A stretch of 32,000 nt of DNA from Candidatus Woesearchaeota archaeon (GCA_964526265.1 CAZGIL010000003.1:13063-45062); one strand, 5' to 3'; numbered from the stretch's first letter, positions 15,664-23,337 are shown. Notes: a model not told the origin generated them from the letters alone. Numbers and translations: made by a program.

Positions 15664-16151
15664 TGAAAAAGATTAATCAAAAGGCTTATAGAAAAACTCT
15701 GAAGTGGATTGTTGAAGTTTTAAAAAGAAAGAAAATAAGATTTAACGTCTTAGGAGGATTAGCAGCATATGCCTACGGTTCAAAAAGAATGCTTGTTGAT
15801 ATCGATTTAGCTATAAAAAATAAAGATTTTTTAAAACTTGCTAAAGATGTTGAGGAATATCTTGTAGAAGAGCCACATTTTTCTAAATCAAAAAATTGGG
15901 AATGTTACTATATGGAAATTAAGTATGATGGAATTACTATTGAAATTGGAGGAGATCGTGGTTGTAAATTTCTTGATTCGAAAACTAAAAAATGGCAGAA
16001 ACTAGGAGATGGCTTATCAAAATCAACAATTAAGAAAGTTTTGGGTTTAAGTCTCCCAATCATTCCTAAAAAAGAGCTTATTGCATACAAAAAGAAATTA
16101 ATGAGAAAAGTAGATATTATTGATTTGAAAAATTTAGGTTATAGTAAATAA
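15663..16151 (+). CDS. Second nucleotidyltransferase-fold protein (Lnu/ANT-like GG...D.D motif)
   Basis: VLGGLAAYAYGSKRMLVDIDLAI fits the polymerase-beta-fold NTase signature. Its ATG overlaps the HEPN stop (TAATG). Confidence 0.6.
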   Translation: MKKINQKAYRKTLKWIVEVLKRKKIRFNVLGGLAAYAYGSKRMLVDIDLAIKNKDFLKLAKDVEEYLVEEPHFSKSKNWECYYMEIKYDGITIEIGGDRGCKFLDSKTKKWQKLGDGLSKSTIKKVLGLSLPIIPKKELIAYKKKLMRKVDIIDLKNLGYSK

Positions 16152-16171
16152 TTGAGGAAAACATCAGTATC

Positions 16172-16210
16172 TTAATCCTTAGGATTAAGTAATCGTGGGG
16201 GCATTTATTC
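16172..16210 (+). repeat. Island repeat copy 2 (permuted: hairpin first, then G5 box)
   Basis: TTAATCCTTAGGATTAAGTAATCGTGGGGGCATTTATTC, 21 nt after the stop of ORF 15663-16151. 25/31 identical to copy 1 over the box region. Confidence 0.8.
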
Positions 16211-16281
16211 TGCGAGAACTTGCCTAGCAAACCAAAAAGCTTATAAATTATAAAAATTATAATTATTATAGGAAATATAAA

Positions 16282-16488
16282 ATGGAAAACACGACAATTG
16301 CAATAACAAGGAGCATACAGGAGAAAATAAATGAGTTTGGAAATAAAGGGGAGACCTACTCGGAGATTATAGCTCGGCTAATAGATAGTGCAAAAAAGAG
16401 GCAGTTATACGATTTGTTAATGAACGAAGAAAATACAGTTTCTATAGAAGAGGCCATCACTAATTCTAAAAATAGATGGCAAAAGTAA
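16282..16488 (+). CDS. Putative antitoxin (archaeal VapB-like/RHH-like small protein)
   Basis: 68 aa. TIAITRSIQEKINEFGNKGETYSEIIARLI matches the archaeal putative-antitoxin pattern (TI.I...v...L......ES.S.vI..L). It overlaps the downstream toxin-like gene by 13 nt. Confidence 0.6.
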   Translation: MENTTIAITRSIQEKINEFGNKGETYSEIIARLIDSAKKRQLYDLLMNEENTVSIEEAITNSKNRWQK

Positions 16489-16817
16489 TATTTACTAAAA
16501 AACTTGAAGAAGAGATAAACAAAACATTCAAGAAAGAATCAACTAAGACATTTGAGTCTATGCGAGAACTGGAGAAGAATCCACATAAGGGCAAACCTCT
16601 GGGACAAGTTGGAGGAATAGTTATCAAGGAAATAAGGCGAGAGTCCTACAGATTCTATTTTATAACCGATGGATTCAAGTTAAAGATGCTTCAGAAAGAA
16701 GAATTGACTGATTTATTAATAAAATTTGTGCGCATGTCCGACAAAAAAGAACAGCAAAAAACAATTGACGAAATTAAAGACGTTTTAAGGAAGATTGGAG
16801 AAGAAGGTTTTAATTAA
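16476..16817 (+). CDS. RelE/ParE-like toxin with a C-terminal helical extension
   Basis: ELEKNPHKGKPLGQVGGIVIKEIRRESYRFYFI fits the RelE/ParE core (..P..G..L......r...yR..Y.i). 113 aa, longer than I recall for typical family members. Confidence 0.6.
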   Translation: MAKVIFTKKLEEEINKTFKKESTKTFESMRELEKNPHKGKPLGQVGGIVIKEIRRESYRFYFITDGFKLKMLQKEELTDLLIKFVRMSDKKEQQKTIDEIKDVLRKIGEEGFN

Positions 16818-16838
16818 AGATTACAACCCCTGCCTGCT

Positions 16839-16882
16839 AAGGTTAAACATCTCGTGGGGGCATTAACTCTTAGGATTAAATC
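16839..16882 (+). repeat. Island repeat copy 3
   Basis: AAGGTTAAACATCTCGTGGGGGCATTAACTCTTAGGATTAAATC, 22 nt after the RelE-like stop. Its 3' part encodes the stop codon and the last two codons of taw1 on the opposite strand. Confidence 0.85.
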
Positions 16883-17865
16883 CTCTTAATCTTCAAATCC
16901 TTCTTATTTTTTCCCAGCACGCAAACACGCGAGAACTCGTGTTCGTCAAGAATTTTATATCCCGTTAATTTAGAAATTCCCTTAGCAAACCTCATTATGT
17001 CCTCGTGTGTTGGCATTCTATCATAACCCAATCTCTTCCTTGCATAACCCACACTCATAAACCCTTTCACCTCTATAAAAAGCGGTTGTGATATTTTAAT
17101 TAATTCCGAAAATTCTTTTATGTGTTTATCTTTATTATTTAATCCTTTAACAATATTTATTCTAAAAACAGTCCTTGTTTTTTTCCCAAGTTTGGGAAGC
17201 ATTCCAAGAGACTCGTTTAATCTTTTCCACGCATCTTTCAAACAGCTCCTATGAAATAATTGATATTCTTTTTCGTTTGGAACATTTACCGAAATGTAAA
17301 GTTGAGTCGGCATTTGATTTTTTTCGTAAAGTTCTTCCAATTTTTCTGGATAAAGTCCGTTTGTTACAAGGAAGCTTGTTTTCCCCCCTTTTCTTAATTC
17401 TTCTATTAAACCTCCAATATCCTCGTAAACTGTTGGCTCTCCACTCAAACTAATCGCAAATTGCATTGGTTCCTGAGCTTCTTCCCACTTTTTCATATTT
17501 GCTTTACTTACCGTTTTATATTTTGTTTCAGGAAGAATTTTAAATCCCATAAGGAGTTTCTTTTGAGCTTCAATACAACCATCAATAATTTCCTTTGGAG
17601 AGTTTGTTTCTCCCGGAATCTTTTCTCCAGTTGTAATCTCAATCGCCCTCCAACAGTGAAGGCATCTGTTTGGACACCACAAGGACGGAGTCATTTGGCA
17701 ACACCGATGGGAATCAATTCCATAAAATTTTTCCTTATAGCAAACTCCTTCTCCCCTTATTGCCTTCTTTGTCCATCTACAAATCTGAACAGCGGAGTGT
17801 TCTTTATTTCCAACCAATCTATAGTGTTGTTTTTCCAAAATTTTTTTAACCTTTTCCGGAAGCAT
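16876..17865 (-). CDS. taw1: tRNA 4-demethylwyosine synthase (radical SAM; Taw1/TYW1)
   Basis: 329 aa. Radical-SAM CPNRCLHCWR, plus the upstream auxiliary Cys cluster (CRWTKKAIRGEGVCYKEKFYGIDSHRCCQMTPS) typical of TYW1/Taw1. Confidence 0.85.
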   Translation of the reverse strand: MLPEKVKKILEKQHYRLVGNKEHSAVQICRWTKKAIRGEGVCYKEKFYGIDSHRCCQMTPSLWCPNRCLHCWRAIEITTGEKIPGETNSPKEIIDGCIEAQKKLLMGFKILPETKYKTVSKANMKKWEEAQEPMQFAISLSGEPTVYEDIGGLIEELRKGGKTSFLVTNGLYPEKLEELYEKNQMPTQLYISVNVPNEKEYQLFHRSCLKDAWKRLNESLGMLPKLGKKTRTVFRINIVKGLNNKDKHIKEFSELIKISQPLFIEVKGFMSVGYARKRLGYDRMPTHEDIMRFAKGISKLTGYKILDEHEFSRVCVLGKNKKDLKIKRI

Positions 17866-17900
17866 AAATATCCTAAAAAATAAACAATTTTAAATCTATC

Positions 17901-19328
17901 CTAAAAAATTGCCAATACCCAGAAGAACATAACCAGTGCGATTATGAAAAGGAAAAGATATGTCACAAAACTAAACGCTTTTTTAGCAAATACTTCACTC
18001 CCAGTAATTCCCCATAACGTTAGATAAAAGAATCTTCCCCCATCAAAGATACCTGCGGGAAGCATATTTACAAGAGCAACACTTATACTTATTAGAATTA
18101 ACCACCATAAAAGGTTGTAAATAAAGAGGCTGGCATCTCCCAGTCTTGGTTGGTAAAATGTGTACGGGTCCTTGAAAGATGCAAGAGCGCTTATTATCCT
18201 TCCCAAAACATTCCCGCTCTCTGTCTGCGAGAACGCTATTCCCAACCAGGGTTCGCTTTGGTTTTGAGGGTTTTTACCCAGAGTAATTCTGTACTCAAGA
18301 GTTTCGCTGGTTGTTCGAGTTGTTATTGTTATGTTGTCTCCTGGAGAATATTTTAAAAATTCTTCACTTAGTTGTTCTATATTCGTTACTTTTACCCCAT
18401 CTAATTCTGTTATTGCTCCAAATAATCCCGCTTCTGTAGCGGGAGAATCTTCATAAACCCCAATAAAACCAGAATTATTAATCTGTTTTTCTAATATTCC
18501 CCTGGTTGTTAGGAAAGTAAGATTTCCAACCATAATTTTATTCAATTCGGTGCCATTTATCAAAGAGATAACCGCCGAAAAATTATTTCCATCCACTGGA
18601 ATTCCATTAACAGAAGAGATGCCGTTGGAGGGAATAACCGCTACTTGGTAATTGCTAAATATTACTCCGGTTGGAATAAAAGCCAGAGAAAAGAAAATCC
18701 ACATAACTCCTAAAAAGAATATTGCAGTAAGCACATTTGCAAATGTTCCCGCCGCAAGAACCGAGAGTTGTGCAAACTTGCTCTTTTTAGCCATTTTTTT
18801 CTCATCAAGCTCAACAAAGGCTGCAAGAAAAACAGGGAGGAAGAATGGAAAAAAACCGAAGCCGGTTGTTTTTATTTTTACTTTATTATAAACTGCAACT
18901 ATTCCGTGGGCGAACTCGTGTGAGATTGCGATTATTGCGAGGATAACAATCCAGTAGGTGAAATTAAATGAAGGTAACCAGCTTAGATTGAATATCTGCG
19001 GAAGATAAGGTACAAGGGGGATTATGGGAGGAACTTTTATTTCTCTTACAATCAGAGGATTAAACACATAGATAGAAACTATTCTAACAACTAAATAAAT
19101 TGCTCCAATCATAAGAAGATAGCCGAGAATTATCGCAAGATAACTCATTATTTTTAGAAGTCTCGGATATTTTTTACCAACATAGTTTATCCATCTTATT
19201 CCCCAACTTGTTCTATAGAGATAAAGGAGCCCCTCCCTCTTCAGGTTCTTTCTGTTTCTACGAAGAAAGATAGACATTAATATAACAAAGATTACTAAGA
19301 AGGTTAAATCATACACTAAAAAACTCAT
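17901..19328 (-). CDS. Site-2 protease family (M50) membrane metalloprotease with PDZ-like insert
   Basis: HEFAHG zinc motif in a TM helix, the second motif VNMLPAGIFDGGRF, multiple TM helices, and a central soluble PDZ-like region. Confidence 0.85.
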   Translation of the reverse strand: MSFLVYDLTFLVIFVILMSIFLRRNRKNLKREGLLYLYRTSWGIRWINYVGKKYPRLLKIMSYLAIILGYLLMIGAIYLVVRIVSIYVFNPLIVREIKVPPIIPLVPYLPQIFNLSWLPSFNFTYWIVILAIIAISHEFAHGIVAVYNKVKIKTTGFGFFPFFLPVFLAAFVELDEKKMAKKSKFAQLSVLAAGTFANVLTAIFFLGVMWIFFSLAFIPTGVIFSNYQVAVIPSNGISSVNGIPVDGNNFSAVISLINGTELNKIMVGNLTFLTTRGILEKQINNSGFIGVYEDSPATEAGLFGAITELDGVKVTNIEQLSEEFLKYSPGDNITITTRTTSETLEYRITLGKNPQNQSEPWLGIAFSQTESGNVLGRIISALASFKDPYTFYQPRLGDASLFIYNLLWWLILISISVALVNMLPAGIFDGGRFFYLTLWGITGSEVFAKKAFSFVTYLFLFIIALVMFFWVLAIF

Positions 19329-19348
19329 CTTTTTTCACCCTTCATTAT

Positions 19349-19510
19349 TTATTTCCTTTTCAACGGTCTAAACGCTCTTTTCTTACACTTTCTGCATTTG
19401 ACCTTTCCCTCTAAAATCTTTTGAGGAGTCGCTTTCATTTTTGTTTTGCAAGCTTTGCATACAAAAACATTCTTGAAAATTCTGTTTGTTGCTTCAGGTA
19501 TTTTTGCCAT
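19349..19510 (-). CDS. rpl40e: 50S ribosomal protein L40e (eL40), zinc-ribbon
   Basis: Hand translation gives MAKIPEATNRIFKNVFVCKACKTKMKATPQKILEGKVKCRKCKKRAFRPLKRK (53 aa; C..C...C..C, basic). It starts 2 nt after the aIF5A stop. Below the ORF-track cutoff. Confidence 0.7.
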   Translation of the reverse strand: MAKIPEATNRIFKNVFVCKACKTKMKATPQKILEGKVKCRKCKKRAFRPLKRK

Positions 19511-19511
19511 T

Positions 19512-19898
19512 TTATAATTTCCTCTTTATTATTATCGTGCCTTCAATATCCCAATATTCTACATTGTCGTTTGCAGAAACCTCTCCAACATCCACAGGAA
19601 CAACCATCTCGATAGTTTCAAAACTTTCCAAATCCATAACACTTGCCTTATTCTCTGAAATCGATAATACCTGTCCCTTTTTCTTTTCTACAAGAGGAAC
19701 TTCCCATCTCTCGTGTCCCGGAACAACAAAAACTTTCTTATTCCCAGAAACCATACCAACAGCTTCCGCCCTTACCTTTGCATGTCCGTGTTTTCCTGTT
19801 TTTGAAACATCCATCTTTTTTATTGTGCACGGCTCCCCATCAACAATAATATTTGTTCCAACCTTAGCTTCCGTCGCACTAATAATTTTTAAGACCAT
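19512..19898 (-). CDS. eif5a: Translation initiation factor 5A (aIF5A)
   Basis: MVLKIISATEAKVGTNIIVDGEPCTIKKMDVSKTGKHGHAKVR contains the hypusine-loop motif. Start ATG at 19898. The track's 19-aa upstream extension is non-homologous and overlaps the FKBP gene. Confidence 0.9.
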   Translation of the reverse strand: MVLKIISATEAKVGTNIIVDGEPCTIKKMDVSKTGKHGHAKVRAEAVGMVSGNKKVFVVPGHERWEVPLVEKKKGQVLSISENKASVMDLESFETIEMVVPVDVGEVSANDNVEYWDIEGTIIIKRKL

Positions 19899-19919
19899 AG
19901 TGTAGACAAAAAAAATAGA

Positions 19920-19927
19920 TTTATAAA
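19920..19927. promoter_or_regulatory. Single palindromic TATA box TTTATAAA shared by divergent aIF5A and FKBP genes
   Basis: It lies exactly 22 nt from each start codon edge (19898 on minus, 19949 on plus), which equals 29 nt from the strand-specific first T to each ATG. Confidence 0.55.
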
Positions 19928-19948
19928 CGTTTTTACTCAACAAAATAA

Positions 19949-20605
19949 ATGACACTTCAAAAAAACGATTTCATTGAAATAGAATTTACCGGAAAATTGA
20001 AGGATGGAGAGGTTTTTGACTCAAATATAAAAAAAGACTTAGAAAAGGCGGGATTAAAACTTAACGCTAAACCCTTCGTGTTCCCACTTGGGCAAGGTAT
20101 GTTTCTTAAAGGAATTGATAATTTTTTAGTGGATAAGGAAGTGGATAAAGAATATGAGTTAGAAATTCAACCCGAAGATGCCTTCGGAAATAGGGATGCT
20201 AAGCTAATTCAAAGAATGCCAATGAAAATTTTTATGGAACACAAAATTAATCCAATTCAAGGAAGCGTTCTTAATTTTGATGGAAGACTAGCAAAGATTC
20301 TCTCTGTATCTGGTGGGAGGGTTATGGTTGATTTTAACAATCCTCTCTCTGGAAAAGTGGTTGTTTACAAATTAAAGGTACTAAGAAAAATTGAGGAAAT
20401 TAATGATAAGATTAACTCCCTTAACAACTTTCTTTTTAAGAAAACTTTCAAATTTGACGTGCAGGATAAAAAGCTTCTTATGGAAGTAGAAAAGCCCCTA
20501 TTAGATTTTGTAAAGCTATTTTCTGACAAATTTAAGGAAATTTTTGGATTGGAACTAGAATTGAAAGAGGCCAAAGAAGAAAAACCAAAAGAAGAAAAAA
20601 AATAA
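19949..20605 (+). CDS. FKBP-type peptidyl-prolyl cis-trans isomerase (archaeal SlyD-like with insert) and Lys/Glu-rich tail
   Basis: DFIEIEFTGKLKDGEVFDSN, FPLGQGMFLKGIDNFL and QPEDAFGNRD are FKBP motifs. Confidence 0.8.
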   Translation: MTLQKNDFIEIEFTGKLKDGEVFDSNIKKDLEKAGLKLNAKPFVFPLGQGMFLKGIDNFLVDKEVDKEYELEIQPEDAFGNRDAKLIQRMPMKIFMEHKINPIQGSVLNFDGRLAKILSVSGGRVMVDFNNPLSGKVVVYKLKVLRKIEEINDKINSLNNFLFKKTFKFDVQDKKLLMEVEKPLLDFVKLFSDKFKEIFGLELELKEAKEEKPKEEKK

Positions 20606-20658
20606 ATCTATCTTTTCACTGCAACAATCCTTAAAAACAGCAGTTCTTTTCCCTTTTC

Positions 20659-21777
20659 ATGGAAGAGGAATATAATCAAAAAGGAATGGTGGTGGATTCT
20701 TCATACCCTACAAATATCTCTCCAGAAGTTAGAGAAATAGATAGAGAACTAGAAGAGCTTCTTAAGAAACAATCCGCAAAGATTAAGGTTGTGGGTGTTG
20801 GTGGTGGAGGAAACAATTCTCTTAGTCGAATGAGAGAAATTGGGATTAAAGGAGGAGAGTTAATAGCGGTTAATACTGATGCTCAAGATTTACTTTATGC
20901 TAACGCAGATCAAAAGATTCTTATCGGAAGAGAGATTACACAAGGACTTGGAGCGGGAAGCAATCCAAAAGTAGGACAAGAAGCCGCAAAAGAGTCGGAG
21001 GCCGATATAAAGAAGAAACTTTCGGGGGCAGACATGGTTTTCATTACTTGTGGTTTGGGTGGAGGTACAGGAACAGGTGCCGCTCCGGTAATCGCAGGCA
21101 TAGCAAAAAAACAAGGCGCTCTAACAATCGGAGTTGTAACACTTCCATTCACAATTGAAGGAAAAAAGAGAATAGAAAACGCAATGGAAGGATTGGAGAG
21201 AATGGAATCTGTTGTAGATACTTTAATTGTAATCCCCAACGATAAACTTCTCGAACTTGCTCCAGAGCTTCCCCTTCATACTGCATTTAAGATTGCAGAT
21301 GAGATTCTTACAAACGCAGTAAAGGGTGTAACAGAGTTGGTAACGACTTCCGGGTTGGTTAATCTTGATTTCGCAGACATAAAGGCGGTAATGGTTGATG
21401 GAGGAGTTTCATTAATCGGAATGGGGGAATCAGATACAGAAAATCGTTCCCATGATGCAGTAGAAAAAGCAATGCAAAATCCACTTCTTGATGTAGATAT
21501 TACTGGAGCAAGTGGAGCGTTGGTTAATATTGTTGGTGGTGCAGATATGAGTCTGGATGAGTGTAAAGAGATAATAGAAGCAGTAGGACAGAAATTAAGT
21601 CCCGAAGCTAAGCTTATTTGGGGTGCACAAATCTCTCCAGATATGGAAAAGTCAATACGAGTCTTACTAATTGTTACCGGAGTTAAGAGTTCTCAGATTC
21701 TTGGGCATACCGGGACTCGTGAACAAAAAGAACACGAAGAAATCGAGGAAGAATTAGGAATAGAGTTTTTTGAATAA
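20659..21777 (+). CDS. ftsZ: Cell division GTPase FtsZ
   Basis: GVGGGGNNSLSRM and the tubulin signature GLGGGTGTGAAPV, plus NTDAQDL and DFADIKAVM. Confidence 0.97.
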   Translation: MEEEYNQKGMVVDSSYPTNISPEVREIDRELEELLKKQSAKIKVVGVGGGGNNSLSRMREIGIKGGELIAVNTDAQDLLYANADQKILIGREITQGLGAGSNPKVGQEAAKESEADIKKKLSGADMVFITCGLGGGTGTGAAPVIAGIAKKQGALTIGVVTLPFTIEGKKRIENAMEGLERMESVVDTLIVIPNDKLLELAPELPLHTAFKIADEILTNAVKGVTELVTTSGLVNLDFADIKAVMVDGGVSLIGMGESDTENRSHDAVEKAMQNPLLDVDITGASGALVNIVGGADMSLDECKEIIEAVGQKLSPEAKLIWGAQISPDMEKSIRVLLIVTGVKSSQILGHTGTREQKEHEEIEEELGIEFFE

Positions 21778-21778
21778 A

Positions 21779-22258
21779 ATGAATCTAGAACAATTAAACT
21801 ACTTTGGGGCAATATTGGCGGAAGAAATACAACGAAGATTTGTGAGAGGGCTGGGAGATTTAGAGAAACACGCTTCTAATTCTATTATAAAAGATGAAAC
21901 GCAGGGTATGGGGCATGTTACTGTTCCGGGAGGAAAGGTATACCAGATTAATTTATCCAGAAGGTTAATTCCTTCCGCAATAGAAATTTGCCGATGGTAT
22001 TTGGTTAATCCTTCTAAGATAAACCCTTCTAAATTAGTCTGTTATCCTCATCCATCGGAGGCGGAGATAATTATTTGTGATAGAGGACATCTTGGACAAA
22101 ATACAGAAGCCCAAATTGCACAATTTAGGGATGAACATAAAACAATTCAAGATTTTTTAGAACAAATTTCTTCGGGAGTTGAGGCGAGACCATCGGGCTT
22201 ACCAAATAGAAGCTGGATAATTGATACGCAGAGATTATTTCAGGCAGTGGTTTCTTAA
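21779..22258 (+). CDS. Hypothetical protein tightly coupled to ftsZ
   Basis: The ATG at 21779 lies 1 nt after the ftsZ stop (21775-21777). 159-aa ORF, soluble, with Cys/His scattered (CRW, CYPHP, CDRGH). No family recognised. Confidence 0.5.
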   Translation: MNLEQLNYFGAILAEEIQRRFVRGLGDLEKHASNSIIKDETQGMGHVTVPGGKVYQINLSRRLIPSAIEICRWYLVNPSKINPSKLVCYPHPSEAEIIICDRGHLGQNTEAQIAQFRDEHKTIQDFLEQISSGVEARPSGLPNRSWIIDTQRLFQAVVS

Positions 22259-22295
22259 TCAAATATTTTAAAAACCCAAGTTTTCTATTTAAGAT

Positions 22296-22475
22296 ATGCA
22301 AAGTCCACTGGTAATTTTGAAGTCATTCTCTGTGAAAAGCGTTCGTGTCTGGCACTCTCTTAAAAAGCCGACTATGAAAGAGTTCAAAAACGTTACAAAA
22401 ATCTCCGCCCTTGGAATCGTGGTTTTGGGGATTTTAGGATTTGTAATCTCTACCGTTGTTAAGTTTTTCTTCTAA
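22296..22475 (+). CDS. secE: Protein translocase subunit SecE (Sec61-gamma)
   Basis: Hand translation gives MQSPLVILKSFSVKSVRVWHSLKKPTMKEFKNVTKISALGIVVLGILGFVISTVVKFFF (59 aa), an amphipathic N-terminus plus a single C-terminal TM. Conserved position upstream of spt5. TTTTAAAA lies 30 nt upstream. Confidence 0.8.
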   Translation: MQSPLVILKSFSVKSVRVWHSLKKPTMKEFKNVTKISALGIVVLGILGFVISTVVKFFF

Positions 22476-22829
22476 TTTATTTATTATACGCACAGGTGAC
22501 ATATGTCCTACCCCCTTTATGTGTAAAACTTTCTGTTCCACAATATTAACCAAATCTGCCTGATTTTGTCAAGGCAAATACAACCATCCTAAAACAAAGA
22601 CAATTATTTCTATTAATTTGTTTTATCGGAGGAAAATCTGCTGAAAGCGATTTTTAAATAAGGTAATTCGGTGAAAAGGGAATATTATTCTCTCTCGGTT
22701 TTGCTTAGGACATATATCCGTTGCTTACACATAAATTTTCCAATAAGAAAATTTATAAACCCACAATTTTAACTATTATTATCTACTTCTCAGATATTGA
22801 GTTGTAGTGTGAACAAAGGATAAATCAAA

Positions 22830-23279
22830 ATGATTTTTATTATAAAGGTAACAACAAACAAGGAAGAGAGAGCAGTAGATATGATTTCTGAAAAAGCGGA
22901 GAAAAAGAAACTTAATGTATATTCTGTTGCACGTCCAAGTGGATGGAGAGGTTATATCCTTCTAGAAGCCGAAGACAGAGAATCTGCTGAGGAAGCTGTT
23001 TTTAATCTGCCATATGTAAAAGGAATTATTGGAAAGACAATTCCCTACGAGGAAATCAAATCTGCCATGGAGCCATCGGCTACGACCGTTTCAATTAAGG
23101 AAGGGGATATCGTAGAATTAATTGCAGAACCATTCAAAAAAGAAAAAGCGAAAGTTATAAGAATAGATAAACAAAAGGAAGAAGTTGTAGTTAGTTTACT
23201 TGGTGCGGTTGTACCATTGCCAGTAACGGTAAAACTTGATAACGTTAAGGTTATCCGAAGAGACGAGGAAGAAGAATGA
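22830..23279 (+). CDS. spt5: Transcription elongation factor Spt5 (archaeal NusG)
   Basis: NGN domain (IFIIKVTTNKEERAVDMI...GYILLEAED) and KOW motif (GDIVELIAEPFKKEKAKVIRID). secE-spt5-L11 context. Confidence 0.9.
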   Translation: MIFIIKVTTNKEERAVDMISEKAEKKKLNVYSVARPSGWRGYILLEAEDRESAEEAVFNLPYVKGIIGKTIPYEEIKSAMEPSATTVSIKEGDIVELIAEPFKKEKAKVIRIDKQKEEVVVSLLGAVVPLPVTVKLDNVKVIRRDEEEE

Positions 23280-23337
23280 ACGAAGTGAACAAATTTCAAG
23301 GGAAGATTAAGCGAAAGAAACCGGAGGTGTCTTCGCA

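Noticed and set aside
14365-16882. Three similar repeats considered as a CRISPR array
   Set aside because: Spacing is about 1.8 kb and 0.65 kb, and the intervals are full-length protein genes. One copy is permuted. The geometry is not CRISPR-like.
19899-19955. Upstream Met for aIF5A (track ORF 19512-19955)
   Set aside because: The 19-aa extension is hydrophobic and non-homologous. It overlaps the FKBP start and swallows the shared TATA box. ATG 19898 gives the canonical N-terminus.
22628-22702. Reduced RNase P RNA. GGAGGAAAATC resembles CR-I GAGGAAAGUCC. AGGTAATTCGGTGAAAAGGG resembles the AGGUAAGGGUGAAAGGG region. AAAA(U)CUG could pair with CGGUUUU like P4 with its bulged U.
   Set aside because: Only about 55 nt separate the putative P4 strands, far too few for even minimal known forms. 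The ACAGAA element is absent. GAAAATC can instead form a local hairpin with GATTTT. The region is not GC-enriched like the tRNAs. I keep it only as something a covariance-model scan should exclude.
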